From: Thalia democratica
Taxonomy: Eukaryota
Assembly: GCA_965202585.1 (NCBI GenBank)
Contig: OZ241829.1
Coordinates: 84,010,001 to 84,074,000 of the forward strand
DNA length: 64,000 nucleotides
Reading direction: 5' to 3'
The position numbers and the translations under genes are program-made. Numbering within the stretch: position 1 is the first letter of the stretch; each line of letters opens with the position of its first letter. The notes under the pieces are model-generated. The model was not told where the DNA came from and searched no databases. It was given only the letters and a program-made list of their open reading frames with translations. This document shows, piece after piece, positions 37,946-51,449 of the stretch.

Positions 37946-39469
37946 TTATATTAAATGGAGAATTGTCTTTTTGAATGCGTTATTATCGCTGAATTTTCTA
38001 TTTTTCCTTATTTTTCGCAGTTATTCTTGCTGATTCATTCTTAATATTGTTTAACATTTAAGTTGAGCTTTTTTAATTTAAACAATAAAGCAGGTTAAAT
38101 AATATTATTTGGAAAACTGACCATCTGATCAGCAATTTCAAGATATTTTTGTTTTCGCCGTTTGCTGACTCCTTTAGAACTTTTCAGTTTCACATCTTTA
38201 GAATGACTGATAAATTACCCACAACTAGTCTTGGAATTCTACCCCTTACCAGAAAGATTCTTTTTTTTGGCCTTAAGCATTTGTTCTATTTTATTTTCTA
38301 GTAGGCTTCTCAGTATATATTTGCTTTCAGTTTGTTATTCATGAGCAACTATGACACATGTATCTAAAAAGGTATTTTTGAAGGTTACTTATCGAAAAAA
38401 TTAAAAGGTTGTTTGTTTTCAAAACCAATTAAATGTGCCATGAATCCATCTGGGCCTTTCTTTTAATTAATTCCATTTAAATTTTGGGTTTTTAAGTCAG
38501 CCCAGGTACACCACGTGACTGGTCCACTTTCTCTATGTACACCATGTGCCTGGTGTAGTAATGTTATCTGTCTTTAAAGCAATTTTAAAAGTTAAAGTAA
38601 ACACAAACTACAGATCTCTATGTATATAACATATAAAATTATATATAAACTAAATTGTTTTAATATTAATTTCCTGATATCTTTTCACTTTCTTTTTGTG
38701 TTTCCATTCAAGTTTTTCCAAATTAAAACCAGGCAAATAGTGATTATTATGACTTTTGCCATTACTCGTAGTATTTAGATTTATTGGTATATTTTTTAAT
38801 TTTAACTTTCTGCCACTGTTTTTCCTTATTTTTCTTCCTCTTTTTTATCACGAATCTTGTTGTTGAGATATTCTAACGCCGCCTTAAAATAACTTATAAC
38901 TTTTTTAGTTAAGTAGTTTAATGTGAACTGAAGTAACAAACATTGTGTTTACATTTTGACATGACAAATAAGTTACTAAAAAAGTGTTTTTTTTGTAATA
39001 TTTATGTTTTCTAAGTTTTTTAGTTTTTGTTCTTTTGTTTAAAACGTTTTGGTAAATGTGTTATGCGTTATCAAACGAGACCTTGTTTTTGTAAGTTTTG
39101 AAATTCTTATAACTCATTTTAGGAATATTTTTCTTAATCTTCATAGGGAGTTTTTATTGATAAAAATAGTTTTTTTTACTTGATTTATTGTATGGGCAGT
39201 AGTCATCAGTTAAAAGGTTTAATTGGATGTCCAAGAAGTTAGTAGAGATTTTACCTGCGTTGATTGTAATATCGAATCCAATGTCTGACAATTTTATTAT
39301 TATGTGGTTTTTTTTTGCAAATATTACATTTTCTTTTGTTTTCTCAGTTTAATGTATCAACGATGCATTATCTGTTTGTTGGATCTCCTTTTTATAAACT
39401 AGCTTCTTTAGAAAATCAATAAATGATTTTTCTCTTTTTTATCAAATTCATTGGCGTGTTCTAATTTAA

Positions 39470-39580
39470 CAACTTTTGTTGTATCATAAAAAAATTTAAT
39501 TGATTTTGCTCAAATATTCTGTTTTATTGATTAGAACAACACCTGAAGTTTTATCAGGTTTGGCTGTAACAATTTTCTAA
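39470..39580 (-). pseudogene. Penelope reverse transcriptase N-terminal fragment
   Basis: KIVTAKPDKTSGVVLINKTEYLSKIN matches I-x-x-K-P-D-K-G-x-G-V-V-I-x-x-K-x-x-Y. Confidence 0.75.
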
Positions 39581-39789
39581 ATCTTTTTAATAATATTGAT
39601 TAAAGTTAAAATTTGGCATTCATCATCTGATTTTTGTTTGGTACTGAAATAGCATAGTTGTGAGCAATTGCTACCAAGTTTGCATTGAAACTTTTTTAAA
39701 CCATTGCTTTCTTTAGTTTTAAGGCTATTTACTTGATTAATAAAGCTTAATAAAAAAATGATTTACTTGGGTTGAAAGCTTTCTTAATC

Positions 39790-39890
39790 AAGTTGGAATT
39801 ATTCCTAAAATTTTTGATTATTTCAAACAATTTAAAATATAACCACTTGCACACGTTGGGTTCTTTACTAAATGTTCTGCAATAGACAAG
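39790..39890 (-). pseudogene. Penelope GIY-YIG C-terminal fragment
   Basis: SIAEHLVKNPTCASGY; longer copy at 52630-52820. Confidence 0.7.
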
Positions 39891-39894
39891 TTTT

Positions 39895-39985
39895 TCTAAT
39901 CGTTCTGGATATACAGAAGATGGAGGTGCAGATAGACATTTCCTTGCAAAGCTTGCGAGATAGGGATATATTTGCTCGGTTTAAG
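39895..39985 (-). pseudogene. hAT C-terminal dimerisation domain fragment
   Basis: SFARKCLSAPPSSVYPERL matches LARKYLS-x-P-x-SSV-x-SER-x-FS. Confidence 0.75.
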
Positions 39986-41049
39986 TTAGGGATATATTTG
40001 CTCGGTTTATTTAAGTTCCACCGTTTGTGACTTGTAATTGTGATTGTATTGTCTTCTTTAGCATGACTTTTAAAATTTACTTCGGTTAAGAAGTTGTTAA
40101 TCTCAGCAACGACCTTGACACATTTTTATATTTTGTGGCTCGTTCTGTGCTTCTTCAGACTAAGAATTTGTTTTGAAGACAAAGTAAAAATTTGTTCGTT
40201 TCCAATGAAGTTGGACAAACTTAGTTTACAAAAATGCTCGAATATCTCAATCAGCTCTTTTAATGTGGTTGAGTTTCCCCATTGTAAAGCTTTCACACTA
40301 TGTGCAACCTTACTGATAGGAAGCAAGTGAAATTATTTGAGTGTTGTTTGAAGTTCGTCAGAAAACTGTGTATTTTTTACAGTGTCTTAATTCAAGTAGA
40401 ATAATTACTAAAACTTACTTGAAATATTTCGATAGATAATTGAATCAAAATTTTGTTTTTCATTTTTCACAACTTAATTTATTTCAAACAAATTTGGATG
40501 TTATTCCTAAATGAGCAAAATGTCTTTCATTGCTCCTGTACATATGTCTCTCCGTTTCGCAGATTATTTGAAACTTTTATTTGTAGCTTTTTCCTTTTCC
40601 CATGCTTGCCCCTATTTTATTCTTCAAATCCTAGATAAGCTGTGTAGCTTAAAGTAATTTACTTAGAGCGTTTACATTGACTCATCTGGTGACGTCATTA
40701 TTAGTTTTATTTTATTTGATGCAATTATTCCTGCTTCTTAAAGTTTGATGTTATTTAAAATTTCAGTTGGGGTCTTTTTGTAGATTGCAGCTATACTACT
40801 CAGTAGTCTTTTGTTATAAAGGTCGATATCAACTTAATATATGTTAGATGTTATGTCAGTTTTGACTATAAACTTGGTTTTTCTTATATTTCTTTAACCG
40901 ATTTTTTTAAAATCATTTTGGTAATGTTATCTGCTTTTCTTAAATTTTAAGCTCTTGCGTAACTTAAATAAATCGTTTTCCGAACTTGCAATTTTACTTG
41001 TTATAGGAACACTTCTCTTTGAGGGGAGTATATTTTTATTACTATCAAT

Positions 41050-41120
41050 TAATTCACTAACACTGAGCCAGCGAGTTGATCCAGGAAATCTGAGCTATTA
41101 AGGAATTCGCTGTTGATTAT
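41050..41120 (-). pseudogene. hAT transposase TRW-motif fragment
   Basis: LRFPGSTRWLSVSELI. Confidence 0.5.
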
Positions 41121-41239
41121 TTTCAATTTTTTGCATACAAAACTCGCCTATGTTGTTTTGTACTACGCCAAAGCTAATGCAATTTTTCTAAAAATTCTTA
41201 ACTGTTTTTTACACAAAATTGTTTTTAATTATTTGGTTT

Positions 41240-41400
41240 GATTATTATATCCAGATATTTTGCTTGCTTGTACGACAGTGTATTTAACATTGATACAATA
41301 GGTCTTAATGGGTAGTGTACTTTATAAACTTTACATGTTCCATACAATTAACCTGTCGATTTACCACCTGTAACTAAGCTATTATGTCGTTCTGTCTAGA
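41240..41400 (-). pseudogene. Penelope reverse transcriptase fragment
   Basis: LYGTCKVYKVHYPLRPIVSMLNTLSYKQAKYLDIIIKP matches LYGLPK-x-HK...PLRPIVS...T-x-x-Y-x-LAK-x-L. Confidence 0.85.
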
Positions 41401-42299
41401 TGAGGGTTAAGGCTTTGTTTTATCATTTCTCTTATGTGTTCAATTCTTCTTATCAGCGGGTGTCTGGAGTTTTTTATTTTGTCTTTTTCTACTAATTTAA
41501 TTTTAGTCTTATCTTTAACAATTCCGGTTCTACTAAGCACAAGGAATTTAAATTGAATAAGAGTTGCTAACTTGATTGATTTTCCAGGTTACTAGACTCA
41601 AAGTTTTAAAACCATGCTTTTTAGGGTATTTTTTTCATTTTTGAGGCTGAAAAGACTGCAGTTTTGTTTTTATCTTTGATAGTATCATTATATTTAATTT
41701 GATGAGCCTTGAATTTTTTGAGTTGCCTTGAACCTTGCAGTAGTTTTCCTTTCGATTTCTTTTTTGATAGCATATATTCTTTAGATTGTACTCAATTTGT
41801 CTTTGTATATTGAGTCGTCACCGTAGAAACCAATCAAAAAAGCAGGATCATGACACAATTATATTAGTACTTGTTTACAAATTTTTCATCAGCTTTTTAA
41901 GGTTATCAATTTATTGAGAATCCATGGTTATATAAAATAATCATATGCTGTTTGATAAGTTATTGTTATCTTAAAGTGAAAATAATTCTCTGTGCGTTAG
42001 CTTTATATAATCATCATCTTTCTTTTCAGCTGTACATACCAACACATCCTGACAGAGAGTAAAAGCCCATAGATGTTCTCTCTATAAGTTGTTTTAAATT
42101 GTTGAGAAGAATGATAAATGATATCTATTTCCCATTCCCTATCAAATACCCATGTGCTTTTAGGTTAATAAATTTTTTGTTACTGCATTTAAAATGCTGC
42201 AATTGTTGTAGTTAAATTAAAGCATTTCATGTAAAACAAATTCTACCTAAATTCTACTCGTAGGAAGTACCCAATATGCCAAACTTCTGATTTTTACTT

Positions 42300-42520
42300 A
42301 AGTCGTTCATTGCCACTTCCTCTCTTTCAGGGTGATTAATGATTTTTCAGATTTGAAAATAAAGCCTCAGCAGCTTGATTGTTTTGTAAGAGTTCTAACT
42401 CTCCAATAATTTTTAACATAAATCCTGTCCATAAAGGATCAATAGGAGCCCACTGTCTCAAGAAAAAGCTTACAAATAGTAGACTTCTTAAATTTTGTAA
42501 ATGTTGGATAATGTTGGTCA
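42300..42520 (-). pseudogene. MULE-like transposase catalytic Glu region, family distinct from 50400; copy ~46960-47130
   Basis: FFLRQWAPIDPLWTGFML...NNQAAEALFSNLKNH (PLW..N-x-x-E-x-x-F-x-x-K pattern). Confidence 0.55.
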
Positions 42521-42569
42521 TTAATAAATTTTGCCATCTTATGTTGAGCAGAGTTCACCATGGATAGGA

Positions 42570-42660
42570 TTCTATACAGAGCAGGCCACAACTGGTGTCA
42601 TCTTGTTGGAAAGAAGGATCAATAATTTTTATTTCCCATTTCTTACATAAATCCTTAACC
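42570..42660 (-). pseudogene. Ulp1/C48 catalytic Cys fragment (a further piece lies at ~42110-42170)
   Basis: KWEIKIIDPSFQQDDTSCGLLCIE. Confidence 0.75.
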
Positions 42661-43059
42661 AGAAACTAATTGATGCTGTGTTTTTTCGTCTACAACAAAA
42701 TAGACTCTATCATACTTAACAGTACCAGATAAATAATCACGGTTTAAATATACAAGAAATTCAGTTAGTCCATTTTTTTTTTGTTACTTGAAGGGAGAAA
42801 AAGCTCTACCAATGAAAATTTTTCTTGAACATTATAATTTCTGTCTTTATAGAGGCTAGTCTTTCCAACCTCCTCTATCATGCTTTCAGTAAATGGAAAA
42901 TTTCGGCAACAAAATCCCATGGCTTTGCAAGTTGATCTGACAATATTAAAATTCAATTGTAGAATACTGCTTTTCAATTTTAATAACAGTTTAATTTCAT
43001 CTGTGGGGAAACTCAAGTATTAATTTTTTGATAATAGAAACTTCTGCAAATTATTAACT

Positions 43060-43400
43060 TCCATATAAATATTATTACATGTAGCCACGAGTAAAATCAG
43101 GAAAAAGAGTTTGTACAGAATTTATGGCAGCTTTCTCGAAATCAGTTATCCACAGTTGTGGTGAAAGCGGCTTTATTTTGTTTAAAGTAGTGAAAAGTCT
43201 GATGTACGTGTCCTGTGATTTATTATGAAGTAAAGCGTACACTAAAAAGGAATACAGGAGATTTTTTATCTAAACTGGTTGCCATGTATGGTTTATAGCT
43301 GGTTAAAATACCTTGTTGATGCAGTACTAAATGTACCATCAGACATTAACTTTTTGCAAGCAAGTCAAGGTTTTTTGAGTCAAAAAAAAATGTTCACGAG
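43060..43400 (-). pseudogene. MULE transposase core fragment (DGTF..TDFE type)
   Basis: LMSDGTFST...FNQL*TIHG...LVYALLHNKSQDTYIRLFTTL...WITDFEKAAINSVQTLFP. Confidence 0.9.
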
Positions 43401-43686
43401 CCTCTACTTCATTACTCTCATTATTTCCAGCCTGACGCTATCGCCGCCTACTCGTCCCCAGAAGACATCCAAGTCTTCTTCCAAGTAGCTTTTTCAGTCT
43501 CTCTAGCATAAGATATTTTGATTTCCTCCTTGTATCCACATCTGAACAAGAATCAAGGCCTATTGTTTTGTTGGTGCTTTTTAGTGTTTCTTGCATTGTC
43601 TCGGAAAAAAACCTAAACATGATTTAAGGATATATTCCAATTACAAGCATATCCTGAATGTACTACAAATGTTTTGGCCAGTGTGC

Positions 43687-43926
43687 TCACCTTCCATTTC
43701 CCGGCAATGCCAAACACGATGTTTGTTTTAAGTTTTCCAAACTTGCAGACTGTGAAAACTGATTATTTTTGAAATTTCTTCCATACAGTTGAAGTTGGTT
43801 TCTGAAACTGATTATCTTACTTTTGACTTTAATGAGGTCTAAGTTTTTACCTATTAAAGTTTTGTTCAGATTGTTGAACTTACCATATAAGTCTGACATG
43901 AAAGCAATGTATATTTTTTTTAACAA
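43687..43926 (-). pseudogene. hAT (Buster/Charlie-like) transposase fragment
   Basis: IAFMSDLYGKFNNLNKTLIGKNLDLIKVKSKIISFRNQLQLY matches LAYL-x-DIF-x-x-LN-x-LN-x-x-LQGK...I-x-x-F-x-x-KL. Confidence 0.75.
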
Positions 43927-46069
43927 GGTTGTCTGCTAATACCTAATCAAATAAAAAATCGTGTTGCATATTTATTTAAGGCGTTGAATTTTAATCTTTC
44001 CACACCTGGATTACAGTTTTGCTGAATATGAATTAATTAACAAAAACAAACAAACCCGCCCTTTGCATTTTTGACCAGTTTTTGAACACAATTCCTTGCA
44101 GTTCCAATGTTCGACACTAGTGTTGCTTGTTTTGCATTTAACATTTTAGTATTTGTTTTTTACCTTAGATGTTATAAATGATACTTATAACTAGTGGAGG
44201 GCCACAAAATATCCAAATGTTACCATTAATTTCATTTTTATAGGGGTAATTTTTAAATCTTTTCGTTTAAATTTTGACACATGTTACTATTGTCACAATA
44301 GCAATTAAATTGGTATAAAACCATGCTTATATCAAGTTTTCAACCACCTCATTTATTTTCAAACATTAAGAATTCAATTTATCTAACCATAAAAATCTAG
44401 AACAAATATTCAACCTCAGTTCTAACGTAGCTCTTAAATACTTGAAAAATTACTTTGTTGTCCAATACAGGATGCATAACAAAACTATAATCGTAGCCGG
44501 TTGAATCTTCAATTTAATAACACATGATTAGTGATTTTACCTTGAATTTTCTCGATAGTTCTTTGTTTTCTTCTAAATTTTTCTTGTAGAAAATCAGATT
44601 GATATCTTATTAAAAGCGCATAATTGAATTTAGTTTGTAAAATATTTTAACATGATATTTACACTGTAGAGAAAATGCCGTTTTTAAAAATAGCACTCTT
44701 TTTGAAAGAGTAGATGTTTTTTACTTCTTATTTATTAGTGTATTCACAGCATTACTTTATTTTAAAATTATGCATGGTTTTTTTTTCTAAAGTTGGTTAT
44801 GATTTTACAGCAGTGTTAAGATAATTGGTTTCTATTAAAAAGTTAAGCCAAAATATTTCTGCTTTATGCACTTGTAATTGATTTCAAAAGTAACCAATTA
44901 TCTTCAATCTATCGTCAACTTGCCTCATCTAAAAATTCGTTGTATTTAGTTATACATTAAAACTAGCCTGAGCTTTTTGTTAGTTAAGATCAGGTAATTA
45001 TCTCAACAAAGCTCAAATACCAATTTGCTTTTCTCCTTTATTTTGCTCTCCTCTTCTATTACTTGTTCTGATTGTCGAATTGACAAACTTAATTGACAAA
45101 AGTATGTTACCATTTATTTCATTTTTAAAGGGGTAATTAATAAATCTATTTGTTAGTTTTTAACTGATGTTACTATTGTCACAATAGCAATTAAATTGGT
45201 ATATATTCATGCTTTTATCAAAAATGTAGTACATACTTGTCAGTTGTTTAATATTCTCTAAATCAGCAAATATTTTATTTATGTATGATATATCTAAGTC
45301 GAATAATCATAAAGCATATAGCTAAAGAAATTTGTGAAATTTTCATCAACATACCTAAAATAAAGCTTTCGCTTTTTGTTTCAAATATTATGTTCTTATG
45401 CTTAAAAAATGCCGTTACTAAACTCTCCTCTTTTTGAAAGAGTTTATGTTTTTTTACTTCTTTTTTGTAGTTTTTTGATCTCTAGGCACAAAGTTAACTG
45501 TAACAAATCTTTCAAACTTTTGACTGAATATTCATCATTTAAGAGTCTTATGCAGTTATTTTCTGCAGCAGCTATAGTGGAAAACTCGTAACAGTCAGTG
45601 TTACTAACAAAGTATTCAAATCCTGTTAGTTACTCGGTTTTCCTTTCTGCAACTTTGCAAAGAATTTTCGAGTTGTAGTTCCATCTAGTTTTGCATCCAG
45701 AAGGAACATTCAATTCAACTACACGTTTTCATTCAGGTCAGACTTAAAAAAGTAGGAATCTGATACAATTTGGTAAAAAAAAATGTGTCTAGTCAAATCA
45801 AACAACAACTGATATCAGCTAAGTCTGTACGCAGTTGATCAAGTTCTAACGTGTAATTATCTTCGTGTATGGAAACAAAATTGGGTTCGATGAATCTTTC
45901 AAACCATTTGTCGTTTGTGAGTTCTACCTCGTCTATCTAAATACTTATCCCATAGGAAAATTCAAACACTGTCTTCCACGGCTTAATAAGACTAACTCTT
46001 ATAGGGTCTTCAAGTTATATTAATCTGAAAAATGTATCCCACAGGAAAATTCGTACACCTTTTTTTTTA

Positions 46070-46560
46070 TCACTGACTTCCACGGATTATTTTCTGCAAA
46101 TCCTCAACAGGCCACAGACAGCCTGTTTCTTCTGTAAGCTCCCTAAGGGTAGTTATAATATTGTAGGTCTCTGAAAAATCTATTTTACCCATCAATTTCA
46201 GTAAAGCTTTCAAGCTGTTTTCATTCAGACGTTCAGAAATTCTGAAACCTCCCATTGAGGCAGTCATAAGAATCTTTATCGTTTTGAAACATGACCCGCT
46301 TATCACCATCTTTTAAAATATTAAATTTTCAAATTTTTTTTTCAACTTACAAAAATCCTTATCACAATTTGTATTTTTTGAACCACTGAAATTTGCCTGC
46401 AATTATCACAAGGCTTGCTCGTATTTTACTTACAAAAATAACAATTGTGATTTACATTTTTCTTAAAACTTCTATCTTTATTGTTGAGATTGTTCGCAAA
46501 GTTCCTTTGTTGGCTTAACTTTAATGTGAGTGAACGCTTCTCAGGATAATATTTATCTTG
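46070..46560 (-). pseudogene. Nudix hydrolase-containing ORF remnant, copy 2
   Basis: MGKIDFSETYNIITTLRELTEETGC versus the Nudix box G-x5-E-x7-REUxEExGU (spacer here is 8 residues); box at ~46119-46190. Confidence 0.7.
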
Positions 46561-49500
46561 ATATCCACATAACTGACTCTGTTTCCTACATTTTAACCAC
46601 AATAACTACTCACCGCGTAATATTTAAAAATTTTACCAATTTAGCCATTCTCATATAGATAATTGTTCCTTAGGTTTCATGTTTTGTTTTTATGAGCTGT
46701 TTCCTGATAGTTTTTACATATTTTGCCAGCTATACTGCTTTAAGAATCTCGTATTATCATATTTAATATTTCATTATCTAGGTATGACTTTTCGAAGAAT
46801 TTTAGTTCATCTATTTTCTCATTACTTTCATCGATTGTTCTCTATTTCCGCAATCCTTTGGTTCCTAACATAGTCCATATAGTGGCAATATAATTCTATA
46901 TAGTATTAAACATAAGTTAGTGATTGCAAGATAAAGACTTATACAAAGAAATAAAGTCGTTCGTTGCCAATTTCTCTCTTTCAGGGTGGGCTAACTGATG
47001 GTTCTTCAGACTTAAAAATAAAGCCTCAGCAATTTGATTGTTTTGTAAGAGATCTACCTCTCAAATAATTTTTAACATAAATCCTGTCCATAAAGGAACT
47101 AGAGGAGCCCACTGTTTTAAGAAATATCTTACAGATAGTGGAAGAAAAATCAATTTTCCTCATTGTTTTTTTGCTAATTAATTTTTTTTGAAATCTTTTT
47201 CAATTGCCTACGAAAAGTATTTTGTCGGTTATTTAAAAGACAATTTTAAACTAATTTGTGTATATATAGATATAATTTATATTTTGTACATATAAATTTA
47301 ACTTAGTACAACTGATTTGCATATAAGAATTCATAAACTTGTGCTACATATATTATTTTCAAAATTTTTTTTAAACCACTTTAGAACTGCAGAATAAAGA
47401 ACTGTTGAAAATTTCTTCTTTCAGTTCTTCCTCCTCCTATAAAATTTTTGTTATTTGAGCTTGTAGGATGATTTATCTACTAGCTATTGCATAACAAGAT
47501 TAAACATTATTTTAGATAATAATTTTTTTATAATATAATAACATAAGTTTTATTTAACTTACCTGAAGTCACCTCTGAACGCATGATGAACAGCAGTTAT
47601 CGTAATCAGCCCTGTACAAGCACACGAAGCAGTTGATGGGCATTACGTTGTCGTTTGTGACCTCGAACTTAATGTTGGTGTCTGTTTCTTGGTTCATACA
47701 AAAAGTTTTTCTTACTTTTATCCAGTTTTTTTTCTAGCTTCTTTTTGTTATTCATAGTAGGATTGCAGGTTTTTTTCCATAACTCTTCAATGATATCACT
47801 TTAAAAATAATCAGATTCATCAATTGTAGGTTTGTATAGATGAAGTCTTTCGTACTCTTCGATTTGTTTTTTTGACGTTTGAGCAGAAGTTATACCCTTT
47901 ATCTTATAAGTTATAAGAGTTATAAGTATCTACCTTGTTTTTTGACTTTGGTAGACCTAGTTGTGTTTCTAAAACAGAACTTTTTGTTTCTTATACAATT
48001 TTTACCTAAATAGTTTTAGGTATATGTAAAGAGTATTCCTTTAGCACAAAAGGTCTGGACAAAACTTATTTCGAAGACTATATTAATATTAAATTAATTT
48101 ATACAAAGGCAACGTCGTTTCACCCAACTGGGATCTTCTGGCCTGCGAAATAAAAAATAAGACGATTGATAACTTATTGATTTGCAAAACAATTTATATA
48201 ATTAATTTTAATAAAACAAACGTTTGTGCACTGCATCGGTTTATTATCTGGTTTCGGTGAGCGTTAGCTGACCTTGTCAAATGAATTCAAAACAGTAAAT
48301 AACATTTAGATATTGGCAGTAATGTGCATCTGAATTCATTGATGCGTAAAAACATAAACATTAAGTAATTGATTTGCTGGTTCTGTTTCTCTGTCGAATC
48401 GCATGTTGAAAGTGTAAGTGTGGTTTACAGGCTATTTACTTCTATATTAGTTTCTTTAAAAGTATGTGTATTTTTTCCTAATATTACAAGGATCTAAATT
48501 GGTTTAAAAAACTTAATTATTATGTAATTCAAAAACTTCTTTTTCTTGCCTCCTTTACCTCTTATTTCGGAGTATTGAAAGTATTTTTCAAACCATTGGG
48601 GATGAGGAAACGATAACTTTCAATTCTCGTTTCCTCATCTTTAATTAAGTTCTTAGTATTAATGAGTAAAAACAGGTATTAAATTTAAAACCAATTTGCG
48701 AATTCATCAAGATCATCAAGATTCTTAAGAACCACTTGGCTGCCTCCAGCTCCTCTTCCGAACTGTCCGGCAAATGGTTGGGGAGAGATACGTTTCAAAC
48801 CAAAAGTTGAAATTAGAGGGGGTCTCCAATACCTGCAGTTCAACTTCAACTTGAATAAAAAATAATTCACGTATTTCTCAATCACGGTGCTGGCTGTGTC
48901 TCTTTTCCTGCTTGCAGATTTTCATACTAATTTGTTTGGCTCATCTCTACATTCCACCTATTTGTCTCATGAGCTTTATTATTATACGTTTTTTATACAA
49001 TAAGTTTTTCAACGGAACTAAATGCACTGCGTCAACTTCTTTGTATGCTTTGTAGTTTAAATTAATTGATTTTTAATCCACGTTTTCAACTATGTAAAAT
49101 GTAACGTTTTTCTCCTTACCTTTTTGTTTTATTTTTATGGTTATTGACTTTTTGCAATTTTTTTTTGTGAGCCATTTTTCCAGGTTGCATGTTTTACAGA
49201 TCTTACCTACACTCTTTAGTTCTCTTATTTAAACTATTAAATCATTTAAATGCATTTTTCCATTGTTGCTTTTAAATTTGATGTGGTCAAATTCTGGTTG
49301 AACCTCTCTGATGAATAATTTCTTCGAACTGAAAGTCCACTTTTGTGTTTGTTGTGTTTATTTTATTTTTCCGCATAAATTGGCAAAACAAGTTTTCAAT
49401 TTTGCATTGTTGCTTAAATAGTTTTTAAACTTTCTTTATTTTTTTCTTGTGACTAATAAAGTAACACTGCCTCTAGCATAAGGTTAATAAATTCAGATAA

Positions 49501-50399
49501 TTGATGCTGAGGAAACTTTATCATTGAAAGGAAATTTTCTTAAAGAAGTTTGATTTTTGTAAAGTTTTGGAAGGGTCATCCTAGGCCTTATCAAACCAAT
49601 AGACGTTTTCGGATAAACACCGGTTCGTAACTGGACATTGTCTTTTGTTTTTGCAGTTACATAGTTCTGACTCTGTTGGTGGTTTTTCGAGTAGCTTTTT
49701 GTTGTGTCCACCAGGGGCATGACATTTTTAATGGGGATTCACATTTTTTTAATTTGCCGCTCAGGTATGCATTTCTTAGGTTTGCACTGCCAGTTAAGTA
49801 CGCAATATTTAGCCGAAAAACTTTCTGTTTAACATGCTTTTTTCTGCTTAGAAAAAAAAACATATAAGTAGTAATAGAAAAATATCAAATTTTTTAAATT
49901 ATTATACTGTATTAAATTTAGATAATTTAAAACTAAAAGATCCAGAAAAAACTTATGAACTTACAAATTGTTTATCAAATCTCAAATCCGTTATTTAAAA
50001 CAAATATATTACATACAGTTTATTAAATTAACGAAACCAACGAAAATTTTATTATGACTAATATAGGTAATTAAAGACCAAAACTTGCAGGTAGTCTTAG
50101 AATATTATGGTCATTGGTTTAAACTTTGAAAAAAAAAACTTTATAAATCTTTAGTATGATACAATACTCAATAAAAATCTTAAGAGTTGTCGAAATCAAA
50201 GTTGCAAGTTATATTTTTTTACTAATAATCATTGTCATAAGATCTGTGGACGACTTCTTCCACAATTGGTTAACTCTCATTTTTCGCCAGTCCTATTAAT
50301 AAGAATTTGTTAATTATAGTGTTTAACACATTTATATTACATTACAAGTGCTTAAAAAGCTCACTTGATGGTTTTGAAACTTTGAAGTTGGATCGAAGT

Positions 50400-51060
50400 A
50401 CGTCTTATCATTTTTTTGGCAGTCTTATTTCATACTGCCTTACTTGCGTCTATTCGGTGTCTTTTCCTTGTCAATTTCAATTCTAACCTTTCGTAACTTT
50501 TCTTCAACTTGACAGAGTGTTATACTCCATTATCTTCCCATTTAATTTTTCAGACGTATCCATGACAAATTCTGTTATTCTAAGTTTCCGTTGATTTGGA
50601 AAAATGTTATGTTTCACCGCTTTAAACCATGATTCAACAATTGAATTTGTTGATCTGTTTCTATCATGGTTTGAATTTAATATATTCGACCATAACTCAC
50701 TAATAGTCATTAAGGTATACAATGAATTCTGGAAGATGAAATTTATTTAACTCACCGGTTTTATAGGCGGTCACTTCTTTTTTAACACTTTCAAACTATT
50801 GAAGGAAGTAATGTTTGAAACTGTTATTTAAAACATTTTGGAAATTTCTATCTAATAAATAAAAGTCCATGTTGTTTATGTTATCTTTCGTTTCTTCTTC
50901 GTCGTTTATCGTGTTTAAACCTTTAAACTTTTCTATCAACTGTTCGTACGCATCTTTAGTTTTACTATTAGATTTTTTTGGATAAATTACAAAACATAAA
51001 TTTTTATAATAAAACAACAGTCAATCAAGTGAAGATGCAGTTTGCATTTTTGCAAACCCA
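50400..51060 (-). pseudogene. MULE-like transposase C-terminal part (catalytic Glu)
   Basis: YYKNLCFVI...KTKDAYEQL, then LWSNIL...RSTNSIVESWFKAVKHNIF. Confidence 0.7.
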
Positions 51061-51449
51061 TGTTGACACAATATTTTCACCTCAGATTGACAAAAGTATG
51101 TCTTAAAGATATTGTCCCCTTCGCATATGTATTATATATATTTTTTATATTGTAATGTCAGTGTGATGCATTTCATATAATTTTGTTTTCTAAAAAAAAA
51201 TTAATATGTGGACAGATTTAGAAAGTCTTGGTTTAGTTTTTAGGCATAATGGTTTTTCTTAGTTTTAATGAAAAAATTTACCTTGATAGGTTTGACATCC
51301 ATTTCTCAAAATTTAATCCCTGCATCTCTAGCTTAATGATTTCCCGGGTTAACCAGGTGAAATTCTTACCCCGTGTTTGGCAAGGGTCGATCCATTTGAT
51401 TCGTTCTTTTTACTCTTCTTAATTAGTTGTTGAATTTTTATTACAATGT

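Noticed and set aside
49300-49345. CTGATGA..GAAA hammerhead-ribozyme-like core (Penelope elements can carry these)
   Set aside because: No complementary stems flank this or the other CTGATGA occurrences I checked.
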